DNA of 62,975 bases, counting the filler, from Octopus bimaculoides (Eukaryota), in assembly GCF_001194135.2 (NCBI RefSeq). It is 7 parts of 7 records of this genome, joined end to end, with 100 filler letters (N's around TTAATTAATTAA, not from the genome) between each part and the next. Parts side by side here need not be neighbours in the genome. Positions count along the whole stretch, not along the records: positions 1 to 19,847 come from NC_068982.1; 6 more parts are not named here. One strand, 5' to 3'. The notes under the pieces were generated by a model. It saw only the letters and a program-made list of their open reading frames with translations. It was not told the origin of the DNA and searched no databases. Below, one piece after another: positions 1 through 13,440 of the stretch (the first letter of the stretch is position 1; every line of letters starts with the position of its first letter). Both the position numbers and the translations under genes were made by a program.

Positions 1-48
<48 letters not shown>

Positions 49-80
49 TGTATGTATGTATGTATGTATATATATATATA
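1..80. repeat. (TA)n/(TGTA)n microsatellite
   Basis: Direct reading of the sequence. Confidence 0.95.
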
Positions 81-1320
81 TTCACCATAACGCCACGCAG
101 AAACCAACCAAAATGAAGTGAAGGACAGTAAAATAGAATTCTGTAGAAAATTAAGACTCACAGAAGCATTAACCAATTACAATACTGAAGATGACTCACT
201 AGTCAAAAACAAAGGTGAATACGTCCCCCACAAAGGAAGAAATAAAAAATCTTGATGAATTCTGCAACCACATTAAAAATTTTCCCTACAATACTATGCA
301 TAAACAGACAGTTTACTCAAACTTAAGCACTACGCAATGGAAGGAACTAAATGAACTTCGAAATAATGAAGATATTACGATTAAGGAAGCAGGTAAAGGA
401 AGTGCAGTGGTAATAATGGACATATTATACTATAGAAATCTAGTAATCTCCTTGCTGAATGACAGTCAACATTACGAAAAAATCACAAACCACACCCCGC
501 AAAAAATTATGAAAACCCTGTCCTCACTAATTAAAACCAACGAAAAAGAACTGACAACCAAAGAAATTGACTATTTAACAAATTTCAAATGCAAGCCTAG
601 CTTTTTCTACGGTCTACCAAAAATCACAAAAGTCAGATTATAAATGAAACCATAAAAAAGTTACCAAAGATGTATATATACACACACCAAATCCACGGGA
701 ACTAAAATTACGACCCATTATAGCTGGCCCAGCCTGTGAAACACACAGACTAAGTCTATTTATGGATATCCTCCTGAAACCTTTTCTTAAACACATCAAT
801 ATCTATATCATAGATGACTTGGAAATGTTAAATCACCTCCCCCAAAAAGTCAAGATGTGATTAATTTATATACTAGTATACCTCATAATTATGGACTAGA
901 GGCAATTCAGTTCTGGCGGGACCAATATCCGGAAGAAATACCGGAAAGGATCAGCAAAGAATTCATAATTGAATCGGTTGAATTCATCCTACGAAACAAC
1001 CACTTTATGTTTGACAACACGTTTTATCGACAAAAATCCGGAATTTTCTATGGGCACTAGGGCAGCCCCGGTCATTGCGAACCTATCAATGGGCTATCTG
1101 GAAATAATAATATACCAGGAATCTTTATCTACCTTTGGAAACCTTCTCTCCCAATACATAAAAGAAAACTGGAAAAGATTCCTAGACGACTGTTTCATCC
1201 TCTGTAATGAAAACACAGACTAACTCCTGAAATCCAAAAGACTATTGAACAGCGTCAACCCATACATACAGTTCACAATGGCATACAACCAAAAGGAGCT
1301 CCCGTTCTTGGATACCACAA
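81..1320 (+). mobile_element. Penelope-like retroelement, decayed reverse transcriptase
   Basis: Frameshifted ORFs 215-643, 857-1060 and 969-1223 carry Penelope RT motifs: IKEAGKGSAVVIMD, FYGLPKI, RPIIAGP, INLYTSIPH, MGTRAAPVIANLSMGYLE, WKRFLDDCF, IQFT..ELPFLD. Confidence 0.9.
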
Positions 1321-2501
1321 GATTATTTTACTCTTAGCTAGAGTTCCACACAGTCTTACTTGATACAGATGCTAGACTAGTCCAAGTATTTTTTTAATTG
1401 TTAAAGAGCATCAGACTAATTCTCTGGTTATTAAAGAATATTGAGAGGGGCAAGATAAAGTCAAAACAACTAAGCTTGTATGAAAATGTTGTAGATTGCT
1501 AACGTGGCTGAAGTTATCGCCTGATCTCGCTGTATTATTTAAATTGTAATGTGTTAAAGCTATAAAACTTCGTTCCCGATGTTTACCTTGTATCATGGCT
1601 TCTAGCACAGCATTGCAGAATGATGCTACCCGCTAGAGTTGCTCTAACAGACCTACTGCCGCCAACTTCAAATATGTGTTGGTGAAGGTTATTTATTTCT
1701 TCCTTGTCGCGTTTGAATGAAATGTAAGTATACCACTAACCATGCACATATTTGATGTGCACACGTACACATTACTGGATAGTCATTGACATCCCTGAGT
1801 TTATCTGCCTTTCGACACACCTTGCCTTTCACCCAAGAGAGAGTCCAAAATCCTCTTCCACACCAAGCAAATTTAGTGGGGATGCCTATTTAGTCAGCGA
1901 TGACCTAATTATGCAACAGGTTGTAACTTGGTTTGTAACTCATCCTAAAATGTACACATGGTAGACAGATTCGTGTGAATCTAACCAATACAAACTTAGT
2001 TAATCCAAACGTGATATTTAAACCTTTAGGCTTGCAGAACGACTCAAATCGCAGTTAGGTTATGACAAAGCCACAGTATGATTTAAACAAACATAAGAAA
2101 ATATTAGACTTTAAAAATGTCCACATAAAGAAAATATAAAATACCTCCACAAGCCACCGGGCGAGATATGCAGATGTTGCGGTCACTATTCATCCCATTA
2201 GTCGGTATTGAACTAAATTCAGTTACTTGTTTTGCTACTCAATGTATATTAGTTGTTGACATTGCGATTGGTTGGAATATAATTCAACCAAGGAACGGAG
2301 AAAGGAGAAAAGTGGTCATTTTTATATATCAAAGAGCAAACAATATCCACCCAGTCATAAACAAACACAACTCACTGAATTGTCATGTTCACAATCGAGG
2401 TCTCTCTCTATGAAATCTGTGTATGTCTAGCATGGAGTGTTTAGTTTACATGTGTATGGTACTTGCCATGAGGGAAAAAGTTAAGGAGAAGTGACATATG
2501 A

Positions 2502-2541
2502 ATGCGTGTATGTATGTGTATATGTGAGAGAGTGTGTGAGA

Positions 2542-2578
<37 letters not shown>

Positions 2579-2716
2579 CGGAGGGCGCACGAATGTGTGC
2601 GTGTATTTCTGTCTACGTGTATGTATGTATAGCAAATGTGTCTGTGCGCACGTGTGCGTTTGTGTGTGCGCATGCATGTGTGTTTGTGAGCGTGTGTGAG
2701 AGAGAGAGAGAAAGAG

Positions 2717-2753
<37 letters not shown>

Positions 2754-2862
2754 GGTGTGTGTGTGTGTGCGTGCGTGTGTGNNNNNNNNNNNNNNNNNNG
2801 TGTCTGTATCTGTGTGTGTGTGTGTGTCTGTATCTGTGTGTGTGTGTGTGTGTGTGTGTGTG
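2502..2862. repeat. (GT)n/(GA)n compound microsatellite
   Basis: Direct reading; explains the overlapping CV/RE-rich ORFs. Confidence 0.9.
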
Positions 2863-3440
2863 GCTAGAAGAGGGAGAAAAATCAGGAAATAGATTATTTA
2901 TGTACAGAACACAGGGTAGTCGATATAACTGAAATTTTCAAAACATCAAAGCTGATAAAATGTGGATCGGAAGGAACCGTGTCGCTGCACATTAGTGTAG
3001 TCTGAAAGAAAACCGTCGATTTGAAACTTTGAGGCACTGTTGGAAGTTTTCCAGATATCAAGGATAACATCATTGACTCCGACGGAATTCACATAAATAA
3101 AAAGAGTGTCGGCGCGTAACGAAAAAGAGAATATTTCTGACAGAAATAAAAATCTGTGATGGTCACCAAACATGGAAGATAAGTTTGAGGAAGAAGGAAC
3201 GGGTTTTGCGATTGTTTCCTTCACTTTTGAGATATTGGAAGTGGGTTGCGAAGGCCGATAGTTGGCGAGGAAAAATGGGCGACCTTCCTGAGAATTTTGT
3301 TTCGTTTTTCCTTAGAGTGACATTGATCCCCAGAGAAAGAGATAGATAGAGGGGGGGAGGTGATTAAATAATTAAATAAGGATATAGGTTAGCCATTGAG
3401 TATCATGTGAAAATATTGTTATGGCTGATCTTTGGGGATA

Positions 3441-3502
3441 AAGAGGGTGGTAGTAGTGGTGGTGGTGATACTGTTGCTGCTGCTTCTGGCTACTGTTACT
3501 GC

Positions 3503-3543
<41 letters not shown>

Positions 3544-3625
3544 ATGATGATTCAAGTCCATCTTGTTGGACCTATAATNNNNNNNNNNTGCTGCTGCTGA
3601 TGATGATGATGATGATGATGATGAT
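3441..3625. repeat. (GTG)/(GCT)/(GAT) trinucleotide repeats
   Basis: Direct reading. Confidence 0.9.
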
Positions 3626-3739
3626 TCAAGTCCATCTTGTTGGACCTATAATCAAAAGTATTTCAGTCATAAATATTCTGTATCTTCCCATGTGCAGTGC
3701 ACTCATAATCACCTTCCCAAACGTATCATTTTCCAAGTC

Positions 3740-3784
<45 letters not shown>

Positions 3785-3846
3785 GTGTTCGTATATTTTG
3801 TTTCAGTTCTTAGACTGCAGCCATGCTTCAGCATCGTCTTGAAGAA

Positions 3847-3998
3847 TTTTTAGACGAAAGAATCGGCCCCAGTACTTATATTTTGTAAGTCTGATATTAA
3901 TTCTACCGGTATCTTTTGCCGAATCACTAAGTTACGGGCACTTAGACACACTAAAACCTAATGTCAAAACGGTGGCGACACACAGACAAACACGCGCG

Positions 3999-4054
<56 letters not shown>

Positions 4055-4197
4055 ATGGGCTTTCAGTCTCCATCTATCAAATCCACTCACAGTGTTTTGA
4101 TCGGCCTAAAGCTATAGTAAAGTGCCGTGCAGTGGGACTGAACCCGGAACCATGTGGTTGGGCAGCAAACCTCTTACCTTACAGCCATGCCTGTGCT
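3847..4197 (-). mobile_element. tRNA-derived SINE, family A
   Basis: Reverse complement matches the plus-strand copies at 44557-44985 and 35333-35712 (GGTTCCGGGTTCAGTCCCACTGC head, internal CA/TA tract). Confidence 0.8.
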
Positions 4198-5649
4198 TAT
4201 GAGATAGAGAAAATATATATAATATATTCTAATGATGAGACTGTAGGTCATGATTATGCATTATGCAGTTTCCTTAAGAAGTCTGTTTGCTCCGGTCCTA
4301 GTTACTTGCGTTTGCGTTTAAAACCTATTCCATTATTATGAGACACGCTGCATGTATAAATAAAGTGATTAAAATCCGTTGGTAAAAATCAGAAGTAAAG
4401 TAACGATGCTCAAGCATAACCAATGTAAAATGAATACGTTTATATTTAGATAAAATAGACCCGTGTCGAATGGTCATAATGTTTTGTTATCCCTTGCAAT
4501 GCCGAATTGGTAAGGAAAAAGATAAAATGTGAATAATAATTGATTCAAATTCAAACAAACAATATTCATATATGTGTGTGTATGCGAGTATACACATAGA
4601 TATATACGTATATGTGAATGATATATGTGAATGATATGTGTGTATGTTCATGTACCAATGTATATATACGTGTGTGTGTGTGTATACATTAGAATGTGTT
4701 TGTATGAGAGACTTTTATTTTTATTTTTCGGATCCCTTCACTTGTTGATTATCGAGGTATTTATAAGTTTATAAGCTCTGTTTTGCATGGGACCAATACA
4801 GTTTTTCCTATGTCAGCACAGTCATGAACCAGATTTACATCTCCATATATACATATGTGTGTACACGTACACACATATGCTTTTGTAAAAAAATACTTGT
4901 TACAGTTAAAATATGTAGAAAAAGATATAAAAGAAAAGCTTTTATTTAACAGAATGTCACTAACCTTTGTGTAAGAAGTTCGTATATAATGAGTATTTTA
5001 TGTCTAGAGTGCATTCTGTGCGTAACTGCTTTCCTTTTGCAACTTATCAAACGCACGTGTTCCGAGCTAATGCACAAAATTTATATACCGTTCATATTTC
5101 TAGATGACTAATAAGAGCATATTTATGGGTTCGATAGCCTTACTGGAAATAGTAAAGAAATTAGAACCAACTGTTTTCTGTGTTTGTTTTTTAATGCATA
5201 TACTGAAAAATGTAGTCCTGCATATTGTCTTGCCTAGTCTGAGGCCCTCAATTTTTTTATGGGAGTATATGGGTGCAACTGCTACATACAGTGTCTCGAA
5301 CATTGTCAGCCTATATCTCTTCCAGTGTGACCACAGCCGATTTCTTCAAAATCAAAAAAAAAAGCAGACAGAGACGGAGTAATTAACAGACAGAAATAGT
5401 GTAGGAATGGTTAGAATCGACCCCTGTACAGTAGTTAGTGGTCCTTCACTTCTCGACTTCAAAATAATGAAAGACAAAGCTGACCTCGACAATATTTGTA
5501 TTCAGATCTGAGAAAGCCGAGACGATTACTACAAAGCAAAGTAGAGGTTACAGTTAAAACGTACATGATCATAGGTCTACTCGGTCAGGATTGTCTTGGA
5601 ATTAAACAGCAGCGACACACTTCTCCAACCCATGGTTGTAATAACAGTG

Positions 5650-6800
5650 CATTTTATATTTTCTTGGCAAATTCCTAACCTTTCTCTTTTGGACTCCAAG
5701 GATATATTTAACCAACTGCAATGAACGACTACGCAATTCACAAACTTATGCAATTTTAAGTCAGCTTCAGCAAGAACAAAACTCTCTTACAAGCAACGTC
5801 TTCACGTCTATCCACATTGGCAAATTATTCAATATTCACTTATAAATAAAATATTCAAATATTACTTTAAATAACTCCAAAACTACCGTCTAATTGATTA
5901 CGTCTGAATACGTCAATCATAGTTAAAATAACTGCAGTTTTCAAAACCAAAAGGAAAACTCTTTATACAACTTTGGTACAGAGATGATATCACAGTTGGC
6001 ACATCACACTATTCTTCAGATAAAGATGTGCAACTACTCTAACTCTACAACAGCAATCTAGAAATCTGGCTCCAAGCACATAAAATAAATATTACACCTA
6101 TCAAATGAACCATCTTCCTTTGTGCCAACAAAACCATGGAACGACAAATACAATAGTCATCACATCCCACAACATAAACATATTATGTACAGCGCTCCGC
6201 AACTTCTTTTCACTTGCGATACACATATTCTCTCCAAAATTCGACGTTACATCCGAACTAAAAATATAACTAAAAGTATAGAGAAAAACTATATTTAAGG
6301 TACACTGTGGCACACCGAGCATCGTCTCATGACACACCAGTGTGCCGCGGCATACCGGTTGTGGAGCACTGCTGTATACTACCATAAAAGACAAAAGTAC
6401 TTTGAATTAAAGATAACGCTTCTACAAAATTTTGCAGAGCATGTAAATGAAACACAAAAGAAAACAAAACGTTATATTCGTAAATACCACATTTGACTAA
6501 TAGATAGAAGCAACAATACTTGTGTACAAACAATATATTAGATCTATCATAGATTATGCAGTTCTTCCATGGGTCCCCAATCTCACCATAATACGCTATA
6601 CTAATTTCCGAAGAATGTATATAACAATGCACTTCAGACCACTACAATCTGTAGAAAGACCATTATTACAGACCACATACATAATGAGATATTTTTGCAA
6701 GGATACAGAAAGGTTCAAGCGCCAACTTACACAGCCTTTCTGAATACAGGTACAATCAATCCCTCGAGTAATTAAAAACATAAACAACTCCCGGAACAGC
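5650..6800 (+). mobile_element. Highly decayed I/Jockey-like LINE RT remnant
   Basis: Ordered remnant peptides WYRDDITVG (YADD-like), LEIWLQAHKINITPIK and YKQYIRSIIDYA; many stop codons. Confidence 0.45.
6190..6371. mobile_element. Small hAT-like MITE inserted in the LINE remnant
   Basis: Imperfect 14-bp TIRs cagcgctccgcaac and gttgtggagcactg (12/14 match); subterminal gtgtgccgcgg. Confidence 0.5.
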
Positions 6801-6962
6801 AATTTAACTCACATTTAGAGCCAGACAATGTTTAAAATCGCATACATCACATACATGTTGGCGTATCGAATCTGTGATTTGACACACCAACAGAATGAGC
6901 ACGTAATATATTTTTAACGATTTCGTTAATTCTGTCTCTTCATATATCTGAGTGTGCGCACG

Positions 6963-7002
<40 letters not shown>

Positions 7003-7328
7003 TACAGCCGTCACAAGGAAGCAATTAGCAATTGGTGGCAAGTAATATGTTTTCCCTAATGGCTTTAGGTTGGATGCTTATGCACGCGCAAGCAGGTATA
7101 GGCATTAATCGACTCTCCTACCCTCGTCATAATGAAATGTCGTAGATTGTGGCTGATGGAGAGTGTAAGGGATGCATCTGCACGAGACATGTGAGTCGAA
7201 TGCAGCGACGTAAAATGAAGAGCCTAGCTTAAAGACAGAGTACACAACCAGGTCTCCAAGATCCGAGTCCACGATCGTGAACCTAAACCGTAACAAGGAC
7301 ACCTACCTTCACCCACATAACACTTTAC

Positions 7329-7361
<33 letters not shown>

Positions 7362-7364
7362 TAT

Positions 7365-7510
7365 TTCTCTCCTTATTTCTCTCCTTGTTTCTTTCTGTGT
7401 TCCTTTTGGTTGAAGAGCGTAAGCTCGAAACGTTAAAGATTTTCTCTATTCCCGAGCGTTTTACTAATACAACCATTTGTTGTTTACACCACCTGTCTTC
7501 GTCTGTTTTT
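7365..7510 (+). mobile_element. Penelope-associated terminal (pLTR-like) fragment
   Basis: Homologous to 21590-21770, which lies downstream of the Penelope ORF; shares GAAGAGCGTARGCTCSAAACGT. Confidence 0.65.
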
Positions 7511-7524
7511 TTTGTGAATTCTCC

Positions 7525-7632
<108 letters not shown>

Positions 7633-9470
7633 ATATATGAAGGCTTGTGTGTGTGTGGTGTACTAAGAAATGTAAAACATTTGTCTCATATGGTAGTATA
7701 GTATGTTTATGCTGTGGGATGTGATAACTATTGTTTGTAAGTATATGCAAACGAATTTCAATGTGTGTGTTCACATGGCTCCCTGGCATATAGACCCAAC
7801 CTCCGTGAGGTCTACTCTATACATAAAACATTTGAAATCAAAGTGGCCTCGGGAGTGCTTCTGCGCTACGTTGGTCCACTGGCTTACGGTATAAATTGAA
7901 ACGACCAAGTAATCCTTCAGTTCTTACGACCACCAAAATACAAACGAAGAAGTATAACAATTGAAGTAAAAGTATTGAGAGCAAAGAAGAAGTTGGATAT
8001 AGGTTGAAAAATTATATCTAAACTATTCGTGAATTGAATGTCAAGCAGTGAGAATATGAAATATTTTTAGAATTCTTTTAACTTTTTTCATTTGCTCCGA
8101 CAGTAAAGCATTTTTCATGATAGTATGAGAGAATATGAAATTTTATTGATCAAATTCTTTCCCTGCAGACGAAATCCATGGAACATGAAAAGAATCAGTC
8201 TCTCTATATTCAGTTCAATCTTTAGGCAGAAGTTTTACTTTATATCATGAGCCAACTAAATTTATCTTTCAGATATTTTGGAAGTCAAATTAGAATTCGA
8301 GAACGGGGAATTTATACTTATTTACATTGAAATGATGTTAGAACAGTTGTGCGTATTAATATCAAGATGAAAAATCGGCAAAGTAAGATCAGCAGCGGGG
8401 GGAAACGGTGTATCAAAAAATCAAATCAAATGCTAGAACAAAAGCCTATGAATTCTGGTAAAAAGGGAAATAAAGTCCCAGTGAAGTTTACATTCGGAGT
8501 GATCGGGTGAAGTTTCAGATTGAACAAATTAAAGATCAGTGATACAGAGGTTCCAGAAGATCGGATGAGTTTTGAGTCGACAAATTTTCGCAGAATAAAT
8601 TTTATTTATACACATTAATGTTATCTCAGATCTTTTTTTAATAGATTCTGTACTTTTACGATTCGAAGACCCAAATGCCTTCCGCAGGAGCCAGGTGGGA
8701 GATCAGCCCGGAGATCGGCGTTTGGCTAATACGCACACGCACGCACACACACACACACACACACGCATACACGCATACACGCATACACATATTTGTATAA
8801 AAGGGAAAGAACATTTCATTCAAGCATATGCTAACGAGATGACTATATTCGAGATTTTAATTTTGTTTTATACATAAAAAAAAAAACTCAAATTTCATTA
8901 TTAAGACTTATTTGCTTATTTCAAAACAATACCATTTCTGAATCCATTAATCCATTAGCGTATGCACAGTCTCCTCATCTGACTAAAATTGTTCGCGAAC
9001 ATTGCAGTAAAGGACAGAGGATCATTGGTATGCTGTTATATTTGAAAAAAAAAAATAGTCAACGTCGGATTGAAAAATCATAAAACAGTGATGTATTTTT
9101 GTGTTGATTTTTGGTTTGTATCATGCTATTATTAAACCTCTCTTAGTTATTCTCATTCATTTAATAAATTACAGTGCCGTCAACTAACGTTATATGTATT
9201 ATATTATAATAGTTCATTGTTGAAGAGAAAGCGTTACACTTCAGAGTCCAACGCAAGTTTGTGTTTGGAAGTGGGCAACGATCATGTTTACTGTGAAATA
9301 TTACATACGTTCTCTGAAATATTGCAAATTTTTATTCACGAGGCGATTTTTTTCACTTTTGGTGTTATTACAATATATTCTAAAGATGAATTACTGATTG
9401 GCTCTGAAATGTGTACTATGCTCAACTTTTATGAATTCATAGTGTTCTATTTCATCATTTTGTACTTAGA

Positions 9471-9508
<38 letters not shown>

Positions 9509-9994
9509 NNNNNNNNNNNNNNNNNNNNNNNNNNNNNNNNNNNNNNNNNNNNNNNNNNNNNNNNNNNNNNNNNNNNNNNNNNNNNNNNNNNNNNNNNNNN
9601 NNNNNNNNNNNNNNNNNNNNNNNNNNNNNNNNNNNNNNNNNNNNNNNNNNNNNNNNNNNNNNNNNNNNNNNNNNNNNNNNNNNNNNNNNNNNNNNNNNNN
9701 NNNNNNNNNNNNNNNNNNNNNNNNNNNNNNNNNNNNNNNNNNNNNNNNNNNNNNNNNNNNNNNNNNNNNNNNNNNNNNNNNNNNNNNNNNNNNNNNNNNN
9801 NNNNNNNNNNNNNNNNNNNNNNNNNNNNNNNNNNNNNNNNNNNNNNNNNNNNNNNNNNNNNNNNNNNNNNNNNNNNNNNNNNNNNNNNNNNNNNNNNNNN
9901 NNNNNNNNNNNNNNNNNNNNNNNNNNNNNNNNNNNNNNNNNNNNNNNNNNNNNNNNNNNNNNNNNNNNNNNNNNNNNNNNNNNNNNNNNNNNNN

Positions 9995-10420
9995 GTGGTG
10001 GTGTGTGGTGTGGTGGTGTGTGGTGTGGTGGTGTGGTGGTGTGGTGGTGTGGTGGTGTGTGGTGTGGAGTGGCGGTATGGGGTGTGGGGATGTGTGGGTG
10101 GGTGTGGATTCGAGGTGAGGATGTGGGGTGGATTCAGGATGTGGGTGTGGAGATGGAGATGTGGAGGTAGGGTTGGGGTATGTGAGAGCGGAATGTGTGG
10201 GTGTGGTGTATGGACGGAGGGGGTGTGGATAAGAGTGACAAGATGAAGTTGGTGCCAGGGCAAGAGAAGAGAGGAGAGGTGGGTAGGAGTGAAAAGAGGA
10301 AGTAGTTGTCAGATGAAGCGAGAGAGAAGGGGAGTCAGATGAAGTGGGGAGGGGAGTTGAGCCCATGTGGCGCAAAGGAGCGAAGAGAGAAGATTAATTC
10401 CTGTTCACACAGACAGGTGT
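9995..10420 (-). mobile_element. 3' region of a Penelope element, same family as 19972-21790
   Basis: Reverse complement contains ctttgcgccacatgggctcaact plus the C-rich and CACCA tract seen at 20920-21300. Confidence 0.75.
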
Positions 10421-10819
10421 TGTAATATTTCAATACGGAGCAAATAATTTAGGAGAAAAATATTTCGAAGATACCATTGGCTCTATTATTATCTAGTGTA
10501 ATAATTAAAAATGATAATAAAAGAATCAATAATATAGGCGATTGCAGGCCCCAAAAAATAATTAAATAGCTGAAGGATAAAAATTAATCAAAGGACATAC
10601 TAAATATGTCTACCTGCTGGAAATAACAACAGTATAAACTCTGATAATAACTACAGAAATCAACCGTCTGAAAGGAAACGGGTTAAGACAATCTCCCAGC
10701 ATACATTCAAGTATTTGGAGTTACGTGGACCGGTTTCTAGACTTGAATTCAATTGAATTGAACTGGTCTCAGCTCATGAGCTGTGGCCATGCTGGGACAC
10801 TGCCATTTGGTGCACAAGG

Positions 10820-11225
10820 GAGTTTGACGTCGCTACCCTCATTTGCATTTCCTGCTGTGAAGTTCATATGGGACTCTTGACAGTAAGAGATCTAGTTTCG
10901 TTTTGAAGACACATACATCCACCCCATGCAGGTCTCTCAGGCCCTTCGAGAGGATATTGAAGAGCTGTAATCCTTTAAAGCCCAGACTGTTGCAATATCT
11001 TGTCCTATATTTTGATGGCAAAATTGGAATTTTTGCCACTATGCAGTGACGCCCTGTTCTAGCGTCAGTGTGACTTTCAATGCCAACGTTTGGGACAAGT
11101 CCTTCCAGGATCGTCCAGATGTATATTATGGTATAGCTTTCGCGCCTATGCTCTAAGGAATAGAGTCTCAATCTCTTGAGTTTTTCCCAGTAGCTTATAT
11201 GCCACATAGAGGCTATCTCCTTCGT
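10820..11225 (-). mobile_element. CR1/L2-type LINE, 3' end of ORF2
   Basis: ORF 10839-11207: SYWEKLKRLRLYSLEHRRESYTIIYIW...GLQLFNILSKGLRD...FKTKLDLLL, typical of a CR1/L2 C-terminus. Confidence 0.85.
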
Positions 11226-11240
11226 GTAATATATATATGT

Positions 11241-11312
<72 letters not shown>

Positions 11313-11489
11313 NNNNNNNNNNNNNNNNNNNNNNNNNNNTGTGTATAAGTATATTTAAGGATATAGAAAAGAAACACGTGTTTTATTCACGGACAAATAT
11401 GGTCATACATACATGTAAAAACACGTGCAGCCATACATATAGGCACGAACCACACAGATATATGCGTGTGTATGTATGATCGTGTATGT

Positions 11490-11533
<44 letters not shown>

Positions 11534-11639
11534 GTTCTTGTGCGTGTATTTGTATAGCCATGACTAATTCCTCACCGATTTCCCTTTTCATAGATAGGTT
11601 TCATGAATGTTTTTGATGAACTAATTAATAGACAGCAAG

Positions 11640-12086
11640 ACAAGATCAATATAAATAAATAAAGGATAAATGCACAAGTTGCTTCAGTGTGTTGCCTGAG
11701 GAATGGCTGGTATATAATATATTAACCACTGGTGTGTCTGAATGTTTGTATGAATCTATTTGAGTGTGTATACATGCAGGTGTGTTTATGTATCTTTGTA
11801 TGTATGTATGTATGTATGTATGTATGTATGCATGTGTTTGTGTGTGTGTATGTGTATACATGCCTAAATACACATACTCACATGCACATACCAACTCACT
11901 TTCCCTATGTTGGTATGTATGTTACATATATCTACCAATCTCACTATCTGTCTACCCATCTGTCTTTACTTATCCACCTATATATATATATATTACTATA
12001 TATATATTTGTTTGTATATGTAGGTATATACGTATGTGTATATATGTATATATGTGTTTGTATGTATGTATATATATTTATATAGG

Positions 12087-12132
<46 letters not shown>

Positions 12133-12678
12133 NNNNNNNNNNNNNNNNNNNNNNNNNNNNNNNNNNNNNNNNNNNNNNNNNNNNNNNNNNNNNNNNNNNN
12201 NNNNNNNNNNNNNNNNNNNNNNNNNNNNNNNNNNNNNNNNNNNNNNNNNNNNNNNNNNNNNNNNNNNNNNNNNNNNNNNNNNNNNNNNNNNNNNNNNNNN
12301 NNNNNNNNNNNNNNNNNNNNNNNNNNNNNNNNNNNNNNNNNNNNNNNNNNNNNNNNNNNNNNNNNNNNNNNNNNNNNNNNNNNNNNNNNNNNNNNNNNNN
12401 NNNNNNNNNNNNNNNNNNNNNNNNNNNNNNNNNNNNNNNNNNNNNNNNNNNNNNNNNNNNNNNNNNNNNNNNNNNNNNNNNNNNNNNNNNNNNNNNNNNN
12501 NNNNNNNNNNNNNNNNNNNNNNNNNNNNNNNNNNNNNNNNNNNNNNNNNNNNNNNNNNNNAACATATATATATATATAATACACACACAAATATATATAC
12601 ATATATACATATATATATACATATATATATATGTATGTATATGTATATATGTATATACATAGATATGTGTATCTTTGC

Positions 12679-12716
<38 letters not shown>

Positions 12717-12720
12717 ACCC
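11640..12720. repeat. TA/CA/TGTA low-complexity region with gap
   Basis: Direct reading. Confidence 0.85.
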
Positions 12721-13154
12721 ACCTCACTCCGTATATAGTATGAAAGAAAGACACAGTCACACGGAAAGAAAGACAGACACACTGACGAGTATGTATTACC
12801 TATAAAGAGAAGAAGGAGAAACTGAGCAAGATAAAGAAAAGATACAGAGAGAAAGAGAGAGGGGAATTATAAAATAGTGAGATACGCCAGGTAAGTTTTT
12901 GTCTTGGCTAAGTAAGGAAAAAAAAAAAAAAGAGGTAAGTCTGTCGACAGGTAGAGAAAGCCAGCAGGCAAAGTAAGCAGATACGTGTGTATGAAAGTAG
13001 GTGGGAAGGTAGATCCGTAGGTATGAAGGTAGATAAATAAATTAAAAGGTACGTGGGTAGGTAGATAATTAAGGTATGGAGGAAAGGAAATGTAAGGGCG
13101 GTGAGGTCAAGCTGGCGGCAGGTGGAAGGCACACAAACACTCTTGTCGCTTCAG

Positions 13155-13255
13155 TGCTTGTTAAACTTTTTGACGATAACATACTGCATGAGAATGTTCA
13201 GCGAACAACTCTCCCACGGATTCATGATGTGGCGGTCCATATTGAAGAGATTTAA
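13155..13255 (+). CDS. Candidate terminal coding exon (LVKLFDDNILHENVQRTTLPRIHDVAVHIEEI*), product unknown
   Basis: Preceded by acceptor ctcttgtcgcttcag (13154); strong upstream donor CAG|gtaagt at 12890/12891; composition is protein-like. No homolog recognised. Confidence 0.2.
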
Positions 13256-13269
13256 AGAAAATAAGTGTG

Positions 13270-13440
13270 CAACAACAACAACAACAACTACGATGACGAC
13301 GACGACGACAACCTCCACCCAAACTACCACCACCACCACCACCACCACCACGGTGACTACAATGTGGAGGATTACAACAACAATAGCAACAACGAAGACT
13401 ACCCAAACGGTAACAACAATAACAAGTAGAAAATGTTAAT
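13270..13440. repeat. (ACA)/(ACG)/(ACC) trinucleotide repeats
   Basis: Direct reading. Confidence 0.9.

Noticed and set aside
3541-3650. Direct repeat gatgattcaagtccatcttgttggacctataat on both sides of a 10-N gap
   Set aside because: Typical unmerged contig overlap at a microsatellite.
8040-8640. Purine-rich, possibly coding-like stretch with several acceptor-like sites
   Set aside because: All frames interrupted by stops and no recognisable domain.
9217-10375. Long ORFs of 265-317 aa, His/Pro-rich or Gly/Val-rich
   Set aside because: Mostly X from an N gap plus the low-complexity 3' region of a Penelope element.
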